Shown here in pieces: positions 48,721 through 62,658 of a stretch of 64,000 nucleotides of DNA. Location: the NCBI RefSeq assembly GCF_036321535.1, contig NC_087437.1, positions 24,368,001 through 24,432,000 on the forward strand, in the 5' to 3' direction. Origin of the DNA: Camelus dromedarius (taxonomy: Eukaryota). Under the pieces are notes generated by a model. The model saw only the letters and a list, made by a program, of their open reading frames with translations, searched no databases and had not been told where the DNA came from. Made by a program: the position numbers and the translations under genes. Positions within the stretch are counted from its first letter, which is position 1. Every line of letters begins with the position of its first letter.

Positions 48721-51700
48721 TAAAATAAAGTGAGTCTCATAGAGACAGCAAACAATTTTGATTTTTATCTATTCAGCCACTCCACTCTGTCTTGATTGGG
48801 GAGTTTAATCCATTTACATTTAAAGTAATTACTGATAGGGAAGGACTTATTATTGTCATTTTGTTGTTTTCTGTATATCTTCTAGTTATTTTGTCCCTCT
48901 TTTCCTCTCTTGTTGCCTTTTTTGTGTGTTTCATTGATTCTGTTGTTGTGAAGTGCTTTGATCTCTTATTTTTGTGTGTGCATCTTCTATAGATAATTTG
49001 TGAGTACCATGGAGATTATACAAAACATCTTAGTTACAGCAATCTATTTTAAACTGATAACAACTTAACTTCAACTGCATACAAAAATTCTTTTCATCCC
49101 CGCTTTATATTATCAATTTCACAAATTACATCTTTTTATATTTTGAATCCATTAATGGTTTCATAGTTACAGTATTGTTTATGCTTTTATCTTTTAAGTT
49201 CAATATCAGTATTAAAAGTGACTTATACACCACTATTATAGTTTGCGAGATTCTATGTTTGTCTATATATTTATTTTTACCAAAGAGCTATATATTTTCA
49301 CATGCTTTTGTGTTGTGGTGTTGCATCCTTTAGTTTCACCTAAAGGACTCCCTTCAGCATTTCTTGTAAAGTAAGTTTATTAGTGATGAATTCCGCCAGT
49401 TTTTGTTTATCTGGGAAGGTATTTGTTTCTCCTTCAATTTTTAAAGACAGTTTGGCTTGATAAAATATTCTTCGTTGGCAACTTCTTTCAGCAGTTTGAA
49501 TATATCATCCCACTCCCTTCTGGCTTGCAGATATCTGCTGAGAAATCTACTGATTGTCTTATCGGAACTCCCTTGTATGTGACAAGTCACTTTTTCTTGT
49601 CACTGCAAAATTCTGTTTTTGACTTCTGACAATGTGATTATATTATGCCTCAGTATAGATGTTTTTAAATTCCTATTTTGGCTCTTTTTAGCTTCATGAA
49701 TCTGAACTTCCATTTCTCTCTCCAGATTTAGGAAGTTTTCAGTCATAATTTCTTCAAATATGCTATCTGCTTTTTCTCTCATTCTTCTTCTGGGTCTCCT
49801 ATAATGTGTATTTTGGTCCACTTGATGGTGGCCCATAAATCTTTTTTGCTTTTGTGAGCTTTCCTCATCATTCTTCATTCTTTTTTCTTTTTGTTCCTTT
49901 GGCTCAGTAATTTCAAATGACCTGCCTTTGAGTTTGCCAATTCTTTCTTCAGCTTGATCTAGTCTACTGCAAAACCTCCTTTAGAAAAATTTTCAATTCA
50001 GTTACTGTATTCTTCAACTCTAGAATTTGTTTGGTTCTATTTTATTGTTTCTATCTTTGTTGATATTTCATTTTGTTCATGCATCATTTTCCTAATTTTG
50101 TTTAGTTGCTTATTTGTATTCTCTTGTAGCACACTGAGTTTCTTTAAGAAGATGATTTTGAATTCTTTGTCAGGTAATTCATAGGTCTCCATTTCTTTCC
50201 AGTTTCTGGAGATTTGCTTTGTAATTTTGATTGGGCTATGTTCCATTGATTCTTTGTATGTCTTGTTGTTTTTTTGCTAGAAGGTATACATTTGAAAAAA
50301 CAGCCACCTCTCCTAATCTTTATGGACTGGGTACCTACAGGAGAAAACCTCCACCAGTCAGTCTGTCTAAAGATTTTGCAGGCCTCTCAAACCTTTTCTA
50401 AGGATGCATCTTCTTTGAGCTATGTATGTAATTTTCCAGTTAGAGAGGTTTTCAGGTTTCTTTTTAGGAGATTGTGATTTCTTGCTCCCTCTAGCATCTA
50501 TCTGCAGCGATACAGTTTCTCTGTCACTACCATAATTTTGAGATTTCTTTTGTTCTCAGTGACCCCTCAGGCATTCAAAATATGCCAGTTTCATCAGTGC
50601 TAGCAGGCAGGTGAGACAGACATCAGTCTGTTGGGACACTCTCCAAAAAGTCAGGATATTGGTTGTACATTCCACTCATATCTTTCCGTAATGGAGAAGC
50701 TGTGAGTAGGTTGTTTATCCCTGATCACACTAAACTGTGTTGGCTTGGGGGAAGGGATACAGTGGGTGAAATGAAATAGCTTTCCTTCCTCATTTCACTT
50801 TGGCTGTTCTTGGCTTTGAGTTTGCCTTGGGTACAGCAACTTAACTGGTTTCTGAAATTATCGTAAAGACTTTTTAGACCATTTATTTTTGTTACACCCT
50901 GTGTGCTTGTTGGGAGGCAAGGCCTAAGGCTTCCTATTCTGCCATCTTGCTATGATCATCATCTTCAAGAGTGTTTTTCAACTTCATATGACACACTTTA
51001 AGTATCTTCTACATGTTAGTTCTAGAATAAGTGCTGGGAATGCAATGATAAATAATATGTTTGGATTTTCATCATTGAAATTGTATCATTTTCTAAATTC
51101 TCCCAGAAGCATTTTGATTCCAGAACTATAAATGCCTATGCATATTTTAAATTAATTTACTTTTTGTTTTTCTCAGCTTTCTTGAGGTATAATTTACTTT
51201 TTAAATGTGTTCTCATGGTTTGCCTTAATTTATTGCCAGTTGTTCACGGCTTACCAAAGCTGAACTTTTTATAGAAAATATCTGTAATTTCTATTAAAAC
51301 ATAAATTATCAAAATATAGAACATTTAATGATTTTATATGGTTTCTAATAAGTGAAGCATTTTTACCTGTTATATCATGTAAATAAGCTCTGAATTACAA
51401 ACAAGGTCACAGTCGTGATCTGTAGAGAGATGATTCGTATTTCATCTGAATCTAGATTCTATTTCAAATTAATTTGTTATTGCACATAGCATTGTTAAAT
51501 TTAATTCTGGTACTTTTCAATAATATATTAACAGCTAAATATAGCTAAATAAAGAAGAATTCATATTTAATTGATAAGACACTTTCATTATCTACTACAT
51601 TGTAAAAATTGGAAAGGGCATACCTGTTGCCTTTTTATTGTAATCATCATAGAGCAGGATTTTATGGAAGAAGGGTTGTTATTGTTTTTGTTTTGTTTTG

Positions 51701-51735
51701 CCAATTCCTGATTGCAATATGATTTTCATTCCTTG

Positions 51736-52205
51736 TAATAGATGTAACTTGATGAGCCTGGGTAGAATCTCCGCTCTGAGAAATGCCTCCCATCCAAACT
51801 TTGTCCAGTCACAGTAGCTCCCCTGCCAGAACTGAATGGACAAGAGGCAAACACCTCATCTAACCTGGACCTATCAGGCTCTGTGTCATGAGAATATGTA
51901 ATTGGAACTGAGACATTAATTTAGACTCTAGACTTATATAATATGTAAATTGATATAGGGGAAAATAATATTCAATCACATGAACTAAGAAGCAGGAAAT
52001 GGTTTTCCAAAATTTAAGATTAAAGTAAATGTACACAAAGAAAGCTAAACAAAGAGAGAGAAAAAAGCTCTGGGAGGTTTCTAAATACTTTGAGGTTCAC
52101 CTGCATTCCCACACTTGGAGTCTGTGAAGCCTCCCATAATAATGCTTTCCACTTATATAAACTAGTTCATGTTGGTCTCTATTCAAAATAATTAACTCTT
52201 TGATG
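51736..52205 (+). mobile_element. Ancient MaLR/ERVL-type LTR remnant
   Basis: ctgaatggacaagaggcaaacacctcatctaacctggacctatcag and a 3' end aataatgctttccacttatataaactagttcatgttggtctctattc, typical of old MLT1-like LTRs. Confidence 0.5.
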
Positions 52206-54212
52206 CAAGTAATACACTGCCACAAAGAAGCATATCTCCTAAGTAAATAAGCCAGACGTACATAAAAATGATGAGTTTCAAATGATCACTTTGATGTAAT
52301 AATCAATGAATTCAATCTTTCAGTTATTCTGTAATAATTGATGAATTCACTCTCTTTCTGGAGATCTATTTATTCCTAGAAGGAAGTTCATTCAAGGTGA
52401 GAGTAATCCCAATAAATTTTCTATAATAAAAGTAACTTTCTCAATAGACTTTGTCAATACAGTGCTCTTTATGGAATCCCCTGCTGACCATAGGCTGATC
52501 ATACTATCAAATGGAAGAGTGTGTTGTGTGGCTCCAGCAATGATATGAGCAGAACAGTTCTTGGCTGATGGCTAAAAGCCCAGAGAGACCTCATCTACCA
52601 GTATTAAAGGGTCTCAACCTAAATAGATTCCCCCAAATGAAACTAAAGCTCAATTGAAAATCAACAACAGTTAATTAATAACTTTGCTCAAAATGCAAGC
52701 TACCTTGACCTGTTCAGTGCCAGTCCTGCTATTAACTACAACTTTCCTAGAAAGAGTGTATCAAATAAGCTCCTTGACACAGATTGAAAGGATTCCCTTC
52801 AGCTGAGGGTTGAGGCAGAGTGGAAAAGAGGAGCTAGAAGGAAATGAGAATTAGATTTTTCTTCCTCATGGTGCTAACATCAGTGGCTTTTCTTGGAAGA
52901 AAAATCCTTTTCAAAACTGATTACTTTTTGTGTTTTAAACAAAGTGATCATTGTATGACATTTTTTAAATTTAATAACTAGGTTAAACTTAGTCTTACCC
53001 CCCAAAACTCAAGTTCCACTTTATAACCAAATACTGGTCACTGGCCAACTGTTTCAGAATGACCAGATGTTCATTAGCATAATCAATCCACGCTGAATGA
53101 ATCCTCATGCTCCAACTAGATTACACAGTGTTCCACTGTGCCAGCCCTGGAACAGAGTGTGTTAATGATTTGTCTATCACCAGTCAGAATCACCCTGCTC
53201 CACTTCACCTCCCACCTCTTTCTCTTTTTCTGTTTACCCATCTTAGACCTCCCACTTCTTGCTCCCAGAGAGTTTTTGGTATTACAATAAATACTGTTTG
53301 AGTGATCTTTCCATAGTTCTTTGACTTCTTTAAGGAGAGTCAATATATAAAACTAATAAAAAAATAAAGTTTCAAATCAAAGGTACTAAAGACCTATTGA
53401 CTATAGACTATAAAGCTAACATCCTTAACTTTGTTTATAAATCAAATTTTGGTTGGCATATCGGCAGTATGTCTTGAATTCTGCAAACACTTTTTAATAG
53501 TTAAGCACTGTGACTAAATGGCTTATTTTGGGGTATGGTTCCTAAAGAAGGTGTGAATCAGGCTGAAGGAAAATATTTAATCTCTGACGTGGTCTGTGGC
53601 CTGCTCAAGTTGACCTCATTTATTACTTTCCTAAACTGGAGCTTTTAAATGTAACCAAAGGATCCAGTCCCTAGTTGTGGGACCCATATGGTGAAAGTAT
53701 GGTTCTACTGCTACAAAACTATGGTTGATATCTCGTTGCCAAAATAGCAGAACACAGAACATGTTCAAACACAAAAGCCTCACTCTGTTCTTGAGAAAAT
53801 TCAGTTGGCTGTATAAATGTGCAATTTGTGTCTACTCTACAGACCTTGAAATGAGCGACACCCCAGAGGGTAGCTTAAAAAACATCTGGAAGATAGTACA
53901 TTGGTCAAAATTTCTACTATGTGACTTCTTAAATATCAGTTTATAGACAGATAAAGATGCTTGCTTTAATCAGAATTTTAGGTATCTGTGTAGTATTTAG
54001 AAAATATTTGTGTTACTCATAATAATTGCTGCCTGGAAGTCAATTGGAAATTAACACATTTATTTTCTGCTACAGAGGGAAATTAAAGGAAATATGTGGC
54101 CTCTAAATCAATGTTTCCACCCAAACAGAACATCCTTTACAGTGTACTAGCAAAGTGGATACATCCATTTTAGGACAAATGACATTCCATGCCCCAGACA
54201 TATCATGCTGAG

Positions 54213-54418
54213 CAGTGGTTCTCAAATGTTAACATGTGTCAGAATCACCTAGACTAGAATTCATAGATTGCTAAGTGACACTCCCAGAGTTTGATTCAGT
54301 ATGCCCTGGGTAAAGCCCAAGAATTGGCTTTTTTTTTAACAGGATCTGAAGAAATGCTGAGGTTTCTAGTCTAAGAATGTGCTGATGCTGCTAGTCTAAG
54401 AATCATACTTTGAGGATT
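54213..54418. mobile_element. MER5A-like hAT-Charlie MITE with an internal 25-bp tandem duplication
   Basis: cagtggttctcaaa...tcagaatcacct...cccagagtttgattcagta...tgctgatgctgct...catactttgag. Duplicated unit at 54355-54378 and 54380-54403. Confidence 0.85.
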
Positions 54419-57149
54419 AAAGTTATAGGTAATAAAAGGACCATCTAAATTTAAATAGCTATATATCTACTGACATTCACCCAAATAAACTGGTCAAGTA
54501 TGAGGAAGAAAAAAAACAAACAGGGAAAAATGCCTTTCCATGAATCCTCTTAGAAATCCATTCTAGAAAGTTCACCAAATCTGTGAGACCAATATATATG
54601 AAAGTTATTGATTCATAACAGTGGAGGATTGAGCTAAAAATTGTTTATTTTGCCAGAAATTCTATTTCCTAACAAGCTTTTTCTTCATATTCCACAAGAG
54701 CAACATCTTTAAATATTTTCTTCAGTCTGTAAGGAATCTTTTAATTCTAATACCTGATGTAGCTCCAAAAAAAAAAAAAAAGAGCGAGAAAGAGGAAGTA
54801 AATGAAGTACTTAGTAGAAAAATGTACTCCTGTGCAGTCCTCAACAGTAGGAGAAAATACTCCTGTCTTTAAATTAGTGAACTCTGCATTTCCATGAATC
54901 TTTAGAAATGTTTATGTACACATACAATTTGAATTTTTATTCTCCACCCCATTGCTTTAAGGTCAGGTGAATACGTCCTTACTTAATCCCCTCCTGCAGA
55001 TACTGAAAGATCTTCTAAGCATGAAGCTACTCCCACTTCCCTGCTTCCCAACTGGGAAGATATGAGCCAGACAGTCAATGGCCCAAAAGAGGCTGGCCTT
55101 GCTCAGCCTGGTGTGCATCAGTTGGTGGGATCACGTGGCCCATAAACAATCGGGGAAATTACTCCTAAGGGGAAAATAGGAGGCAACAACCTAAGTAGAT
55201 CTTTATAGCAAAAATTAGTTATTTTATTTCAAGGGTTTTGAATTCTTAACAGACAAAAATCTCTCCCTAAATTGAATGATGCTATTTCTGTTTTTGTGGT
55301 CGTTTCGGCTGAAACTGGTATTATGTTTACTTGTGTAGCATCTTTGAAGCAAATGTTTTCTTAGCAAATTAATGGTGAAACTAACGTTATAGCAGAAAGT
55401 TTTAAACATCTTAAAGGAATAAATTGGCTTAATATCCCCCCTAAGTATCACACAGACATCCATTTATAATCAATTTACTGATCATAAATAGTTCTTAGCC
55501 ATTCATACAGAAACGTCTTTCAAGGACTCCTATTAGGCCTTGTTAAAATTACAAGTGTTCTAAAATTTTTCAATGACATTAAATTTAAAAGAGTATCTAA
55601 TTCTGGCTATTTTCTTCCAAGTTAGGCTGAAGAAGCTAAGTTTCACTGTAAAAGCTATACAAGAAGGACATATATAAATTATTTCTCAATTTTCTCAGAC
55701 TTTGGCCTGACCATATTGATGTATTCTAGGCTAGCATGAATGTCTCAGAGATGACTGTTTTGACGATCTCATACTAGCATTCAGTTCATACATCAGGGCT
55801 TCTTTTCTTTTGACACTATGAATGTTTCTTTGCCTTTTAACAGAAAGTCACATTGAATTGAATTACTTTTCATAGAAATTTCAAAATGTTTTATTGTAAT
55901 TTTAATGTTTTCATTAACTAACTCTGGTTACCAATTCAAAAATAAGCTTCAGAGTTATATTTAAAGAAAGACCTGAAATTATAAATTCCTATAAAGCATA
56001 TGACTTAACTACATAAATTATTGTAGCAAGAAAGCAGTAGAACTGAAAAATTACAGAAAGCGGTAGCAATAATTCCCTGCTATTGAGACTAAAAATATGA
56101 TGGTATCATATATAAATATGATTTATATCATCATATAAATATGATGGAAATGACTAACCTGAAACAATGATCACTTTGAAAATCATATTCTAAACAGGCT
56201 TAATCCTCATATAAGCACAGGTTACTTCAAAATTAATATGCGATCTTCCCAGTAAGTGTTGGTCTTACAAAGTGAAAATCCAATGGTTTGCTTGTATAAT
56301 TCGCACTTTATTACTTCAGTGGGAAGGCATGTATAAATATGCAAGTATTCTGAAGTATTTCAGATACAAGAAACCACAGGCAAATTGCATCTGCCACTCA
56401 AGGTATCAATCTTTACTCTGTTTTATCTGTTTTTAATCTTAATTTCCCCCTATGTCACAAGAGATTGCATGTCTATAATGTGTAAACTATGTTATCTTGA
56501 AAATTTATAATCATAAACCTATGTGATGTTAAGTAAATGTAGTGTCAACATTTTCCTAATATATTCTAAAAATTATGGGAAGTATCAAACTAGTTGTGGG
56601 TAGAAAGGTTAAAATGAAAATATAGCCTTCTTTTACATCTGGAATGGGAGACTTTTTAATTGTATGTTCTCTTCTGGGAAGAACAGAGCTGGACATTTAT
56701 TTGAAGATTTTAAAATTACAGTCTCCATAAAAGCTGAATTCTGTAACCATAAATGTTAAGGAATATCTGTAAGAGTAGCATGTGCTCCCTTCTAATTTGA
56801 AGACAATAGACCTAAAATATTTCTATAGCTTTGAGAATTATGTAGACATAGAAGATTCACTATATTAACCTAAGTATTGGTCCATATGTTCATTATGCTA
56901 TTTAATAAAAACATTAAATCAAATAACATTTTTAATTAAAATAATATGAAGATAAATTCTTCACTCTGTCTATATACGTCATATAAAGAACTGTTTCTGA
57001 CCAGAGACTAGGGAAAGATCACCTTTTACCTTGATGAGAAATAAAAAAGATCTGAGGTTCCCCAAATAGCAAAACTGTTTGAACTTTAATCTTTTCAGTA
57101 GGATACATTTTTAGTCCATTTTCTTTTACTCTCATTTTCTTCACTTTTA

Positions 57150-57265
57150 CTAATTGACTGAATTATTAAGGTCTGTGAAGACAGGGGTTACATCAATTCT
57201 TCTTTGCATTCTTAGTGTCTAAAACAATGCCATTTATAAATAGATGTTCAAACATTTGTCAAATT
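57150..57265 (+). mobile_element. L2 3' tail remnant
   Basis: taaggtctgtgaagacaggg...tgcattcttagtgtctaaaacaatgcc...tagatgttcaaacatttg. Confidence 0.55.
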
Positions 57266-58699
57266 ATAATCTTCATAAAGATCCAAATAAACAACAAAAA
57301 ATCATTTGATATTCCATGAACAGGCAAGATATTTATCAGTGTAATCTCAGCCAAGTACCATACTTAGAAGCTAATATTGCTAAACTCTATGGGTAAAATC
57401 CAAAATTGACATAGCTCTTTCCCCTCATGATGAAACTCACGATGACCTCAAGCTGCATGTTATTGAGAATGTATTTTTTTCACTGTACAACCCTTACATT
57501 TCTTGTGGGTTTTTCTGTCCCACATTCAGCTGAAACCAGTCTATCCTTACAAAGATCAAAAGGTAAAAACAGTGACCTCTACGCAGTTAGATATTTAAAT
57601 GATATTCTTCTGTAAGTATCTATTAGACAAGATTTACTTCATGCCATTTTCAATCAACTGTACAGACAGGCGGGGTGTATATAAAATAAATCCCTCTATA
57701 CAAGCTAACAAAAATATTTCATCTATACTTTGTTTATCCATGGAGAGAAACTGAGCATGTCCTCTGCAGTTTTACTACAGGTCATCTGAAGGGCAGTCCC
57801 TGGATCCCTCTGATCCATGCAGACTTCCCAGGGGCCAGAGAACAAGGCCCGTTTGATCCAGCACCTGCTGTGAGCCCATCACTTGGATACTTTTTCTGCA
57901 AATTTTTGCCACACTGTGAATAGTGTGATATGTAAAAGGCGGGGGGGGGGAAGCTCAAAGAGCAATAGGAAAAATCGGCAGGAAATCAACAAAAATACCG
58001 TTAAGAATCACTGATCAATCATCTCAGCATTACCTTTCCCAATATAGATATGATATTGACATGATAACATGATAGATGTTGTCTATAGGTTTCATAGCTC
58101 AAAGTATCTTTATTGCTTCTAGCATATGATTCAGATACGCAGAAATGATAACCATATTTACTAACTGTTCACTGATAATTAGAAAATGTCGTAAGCAACT
58201 AAAATATACGTAGAATCATATCAGAGACTAGAAAGCATTTATGAAAAAATGTTTTCTATCGTTAGTGTAAGTAAGCAATCTGGTGTTTCAGGAGAGAGAG
58301 AAAGAAGACCTCCATTTCTAAATATAGTTGAGAAATAGCTTTGGTGTTGAGGTGAATGGGACTAATCACATCTCACACAGAGCTCGGCTGAAAGTGAGCT
58401 AAAGTCCAAGTAGGTTGCTGTTCTAATGCTCTCAATTAATAGAAATCTGTGCAAAATCTTATTCTCTACCATCTTTTATAAATGAAGTCCAAACTTAAGA
58501 GACTGCAGATATAGAATGGTAAGAGAGCAACATCCTTGAACCATTTTCATTTCCATTCCAAACACGCAGGCTGCCCGACTCAGATACTAAAAGCCAACTT
58601 GTGTAGTAGACTGGGTAACCAGAAGCAGTGTCTGACACAGAAGAGTAGAAAATACCACAGACAACCTCAAAAAGATTAACTCCTCTTCCAGTCTTCTCA

Positions 58700-58952
58700 G
58701 CAACATTCATTCAGTTGGGTGTGCCAGTGTTGCTCCTTGGAGCCATCAAGAAAACAGCTCGGGAAAAGAAAAACAGCATCTCTATCCTCAAAGAACTCAG
58801 TCTGTGAAACCATCATCCAAGGCATGTACACTAATTCGGTACAAGGAGGAAGACCTGTGAGCACATTACTCCTGAGTAGGGCAGCTTCTGGAAGAGACAG
58901 CATTTGAGCTGGACCTCAAAGGATGAGCAAGCTTTCAACAGGCAGAGAGGGA
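58700..58952 (-). mobile_element. L2 remnant
   Basis: tctctatcctcaaagaactcagtct...gcttctggaagagacagcatttgagctggacctcaaaggatgagcaagctttcaacaggcagag. Confidence 0.7.
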
Positions 58953-59104
58953 CAGTTGCCCATTTTATGAAGAACAGTTATACTTCAACCATGTCTTGTA
59001 CCTCTACATCTCTCACACCGAGTGCAATGCCTTAGCATTATTAAGCATTCATTATACAACTCCCACTGAAAAGATTTTTATTTTGAAGAATGTTACTAAT
59101 ATAT

Positions 59105-59515
59105 TCATTCATATCTTGGCCTGGCATTCATGACCACATACAACCTCTTTCCAACATTTCTTTTAATTGTATTACAAAACACTCTGGGAGATAGAAGCTT
59201 TACTCACCACTTCTGTATTTTCCCAGTGCACATGCATTTGCCCATGGCATGCACCACCCAGAGTTATCTTTCTTCACCCACATCTTTGCTAAATGAACTT
59301 CTAAGCATCCTTAAAGACTCAGTTTAATTTCACCTCCTCCTGGAAGCCCAGGCAGCCGTCATCACTCCTTATTTTAACTTTTTATTTTTTTCCTTTGTAA
59401 TTATTCATTTCTTACACTAGAGCCTTTGAAGTTAAAGAACCATATCTTTAGTATTATGGGTTCTTCCTAAGTGCCTCATTTCTTACACCTAATAGTCATA
59501 TGATAAATATCCTTG
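59105..59515 (+). mobile_element. L2 remnant
   Basis: cttggcctggcattcatgacc...catccttaaagactcagtttaatttcacctcctcctggaagccc. Confidence 0.6.
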
Positions 59516-59677
59516 ACAGAATCTGGGCTAAAGTTCACGTAATTTAGGGGGCTTGGGGATTCTGTTGTTGTAGGCATTCAGCTTGTTAAGCATCTTGAAG
59601 TTTTTACTTCATTTCAAGACACTAAAACTGGAAATAATAGATGTTATATTTGGAGGTATTTTTACTTATTTACATTT

Positions 59678-59942
59678 AATTTTTTATTTTGAATATTAGA
59701 TGTAGGTAAAAGTTACAAAATAGTACAGACAGTTCCTGTATACCCATCACCCAAGTTCCCCGACTGTTAACTTATCCCACAACCTTACGACATTATTACA
59801 GCTAACACATGAACAAGGCACAGTGCCTTTAACTTTACTACAGAGCCTATTAAATGTCACCAGGTGATCCTCTAATGATCTCAAGATCCTATCCAGGATC
59901 CCACGTTGTATTTAGTTGTTATTTCTCCTTAATCTTCCCCAT
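59678..59942 (-). mobile_element. L1MC4/5-like 3'UTR fragment
   Basis: aaaagttacaaaatagtacagacagttcctgtatacccatcaccca...ccaggatcccacgttgtatttagttg. Confidence 0.8.
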
Positions 59943-62282
59943 CAGCCCTTGGAGACTCACAACCACACTGCAGTCTGAGGCTCCGCCCACACAAGTCCCC
60001 TCCTCCATCTTGTCCCCCTCATAGGTGTCGGGTTGGCATTGTAATGAGTGGCTCTTTTAATACTTAAATTCCAAATAAAATAAATCATCTGTGTTTAAGG
60101 AAATAAAATGAAAGTCTTCTTTCATTCTCACATTCATCCATGTAGAACAGAAACCTCTTCTTGAAAATTCTATGGCAAAAACAGTAACTTAGCTGGCTCT
60201 TATATGAAACTGTCTTCGAATTTTAAAAAAAGTTATAGTCCTTGTAATTATCGTACTTTGGAGAAAATTTAAAATATTCCTGACAGCACAACCAAATTCT
60301 GTATCTACAATAGAGAAAGCATTACTTTCTGGCCAGGTATCACTCAACCCAATCAAAGAGACTGACCACAATTTGGTCACATAACACATTTTCATCAAGA
60401 CCTTATTAAACAGCTCTCCTTGCTATTGATTCAAGATTTGATATTATATTTAATGCCCAAAAGGCTTTCGTGCATGTGTGCATGGAGAAGTTCATTTATG
60501 TAGTTATAAACCTAATACACAAAAATTTTCTAAGTACACAAATTGTACTTATACAAATTAACACATTTTATGTATAAATCAAACAAATCAACTTCTTGCA
60601 AAGGCTCTAAGATATTTTAAACTGGAAAAATAGATAAATTATCAAAATTATTTTAAAACTCACTGTTATACTTGCATTTAGCCTAGCATCAAAATACTAA
60701 CACCAAGGACCTAACATATCTACTACTGGGCACATCTATACTTCTCTTCAGATCTCACAATAATCAAAAGACACTCAAAAGGAAGAAGACACCATCACAG
60801 CCTACCTGGGTTACAGATCTTTTTATTATGGAATAAGTGATTCTTGGTTGGGACATGTATCTGGAGTCAGACTTCCAAAAAGATTCAACTTCATGCCAAT
60901 ACTCTCCAAGCCTTGGTTTTTGGCTTTTTTTTTTTTTTCCATTTTGTTTTTTGTCTAGGTTTATTTGCTAGATCAATAGTAAGTTTCCATTCCTTCCTTT
61001 CACAGAATTTCCAGAGTTTTGTAACTTAATGCCTTTTCCTGAAATGTGTCCTATAGTATTGAGTTAAACAGGTTTACTTAATTTAGTAAGTTTAGAAATT
61101 AAAAAGAAGTTTGAAGCTTCTCTTCAAAAATACCTGTGTACTTTGAAGAGGAGTATCAGAGATTAAAATTTGGAATAATCAGAATTTCACCTACAGAACA
61201 AATAATTTCTAAAGGTAGGGTAGATGAATATTTGGGGATAGAACTAAAAAATTCATTTATTTTTGACAACATGAGCTCAAAATGATAGTTACAAAGTAGC
61301 TTTAACATCAATAAATTCTTCATTTTTTCTTAACATATTTTCATTTACTTTCTCCACCGTATATTTCAGATTTTAACCAATCACCTAACCTAAAATTTTT
61401 ACCCTCTTTTATAATTCTCCTATGTTGCATGGACCATAACTCTGTAGTCATCCCACTAACATCACTAACACATTTTTAAGGAAGCTGGCCTGATTGTATG
61501 ACCAGCTTAGGAAGGAACAGGATGAACTTAATTTGGTGTCATTACTGGCATTGATTTGTACTTTCTTTGAACTCCTCTATTCTGAAGAACATTTTCTTGG
61601 ACATCATTTTTCTTGATCAGCTCCCTGCTGACACCAAATAAGGCTGCTTGCTCTCTAATCTACCCCTCTTTCTCCATTGCCCTTTCTCCCTTTTAAGCAA
61701 GTCTTCAACTCATCACTAATTCACATCCCCCCAAGAAAAGGACTCTACATTTTTTTGTAATTAAGTCTGAATTATATGACATTAATTCTATTGCTTGTAA
61801 GATACAAGTTGTCCATATATAGAAAATTCTGCTTTTTTTTTTTAGTTTCAGTTTAAGAGTTTAGGGCACAATTTTAAGCTTGCATTGCCACTTAGCTACA
61901 ATTTACTAACTTTCTGGTATATGGAAATAGTTAATCCCAGTACAATTTAATGGCCCTTATAATAGTAATATCCTAAGTTTTTAATATTCTTGTCATCTCC
62001 AGGCATACTCTAAATGCCAATTTGCATAAAGTATTGAAGATATACTTAAACTTCCCTCAAGATTGGAAAAATAATTTTTCAATGTGAAAAATAACATACA
62101 TTTTACTGGTGAAAAACCTATAATACTAGGTAATCACATGAGAAATGAACTTTCCTGCCAGGTGAAAGTAAAATTTTATTGGCATTGACAATAAAGCAAT
62201 TTACAGGATAAATATCACATGCTGATCCAATATTCAATGTTAATGATATAAAGGAGTCATATTTCAAAAAATTGTCAAAGAT

Positions 62283-62658
62283 GTGACTTCCAATAGACCC
62301 TGGGCCTCATTATATGCTCATTGTAATACATTTGCATGCTAAATGACACACCCACCAGTGCCGTGGCGGTTGATGATTGTCATGACAACAACCAGAAAAG
62401 CCCATACAAGGACTGAAAAGTAGAGTTCTGGGTCCAAACCACATCCCTGTTCTCAGATAAGTCATGAATATTCCTACCACTCTTTCCAATTGACTCCCTT
62501 TTACCTCAACCCTCCTACATATTTGGTGTCTCCATCAGAATTGGGTTGAGAAGTTGATTTGCGAGCTAGGTTCCCTCTTCTCCATTCTTTGGCTATTAAA
62601 TAAAGCCTGTGCTGTTTCAGTCTCAAAAACAAGCAAACAAAAAAAAAAGTAAGCAAAC
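62283..62658 (+). mobile_element. MER41-like ERV1 LTR fragment (U3-R) ending in an A-rich tail and flanked by a long TSD
   Basis: tatgctcattgtaatacatttgcatgctaaatgacacacccaccagtgcc is MER41-like. AATAAA at 62599-62604 and tail from 62625. TSD aaaaa(t)tgtcaaagat at about 62267-62282 and 62659-62673. Confidence 0.8.

Larger units (their letters stand above)
41675..50960 (-). mobile_element. Near full-length old LINE-1 (L1MB-like): 3' end at 41675, ORF2, ORF1 (~49300-50250) and 5'UTR, split by a younger opposite-strand L1 at 45164-48720
   Basis: Antisense L1MB-type end (ttttattgtggtaaaa...ttgtgcaacagatccctagaa). Minus-strand peptides NLWDAAKAVLRGEF (ORF2) and ELPDKEFKIIFLKKLS, SIFEEIMTENFLNL (ORF1). 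5' end motif ttcctattctgccatcttg at about 50930-50950. Confidence 0.88.
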
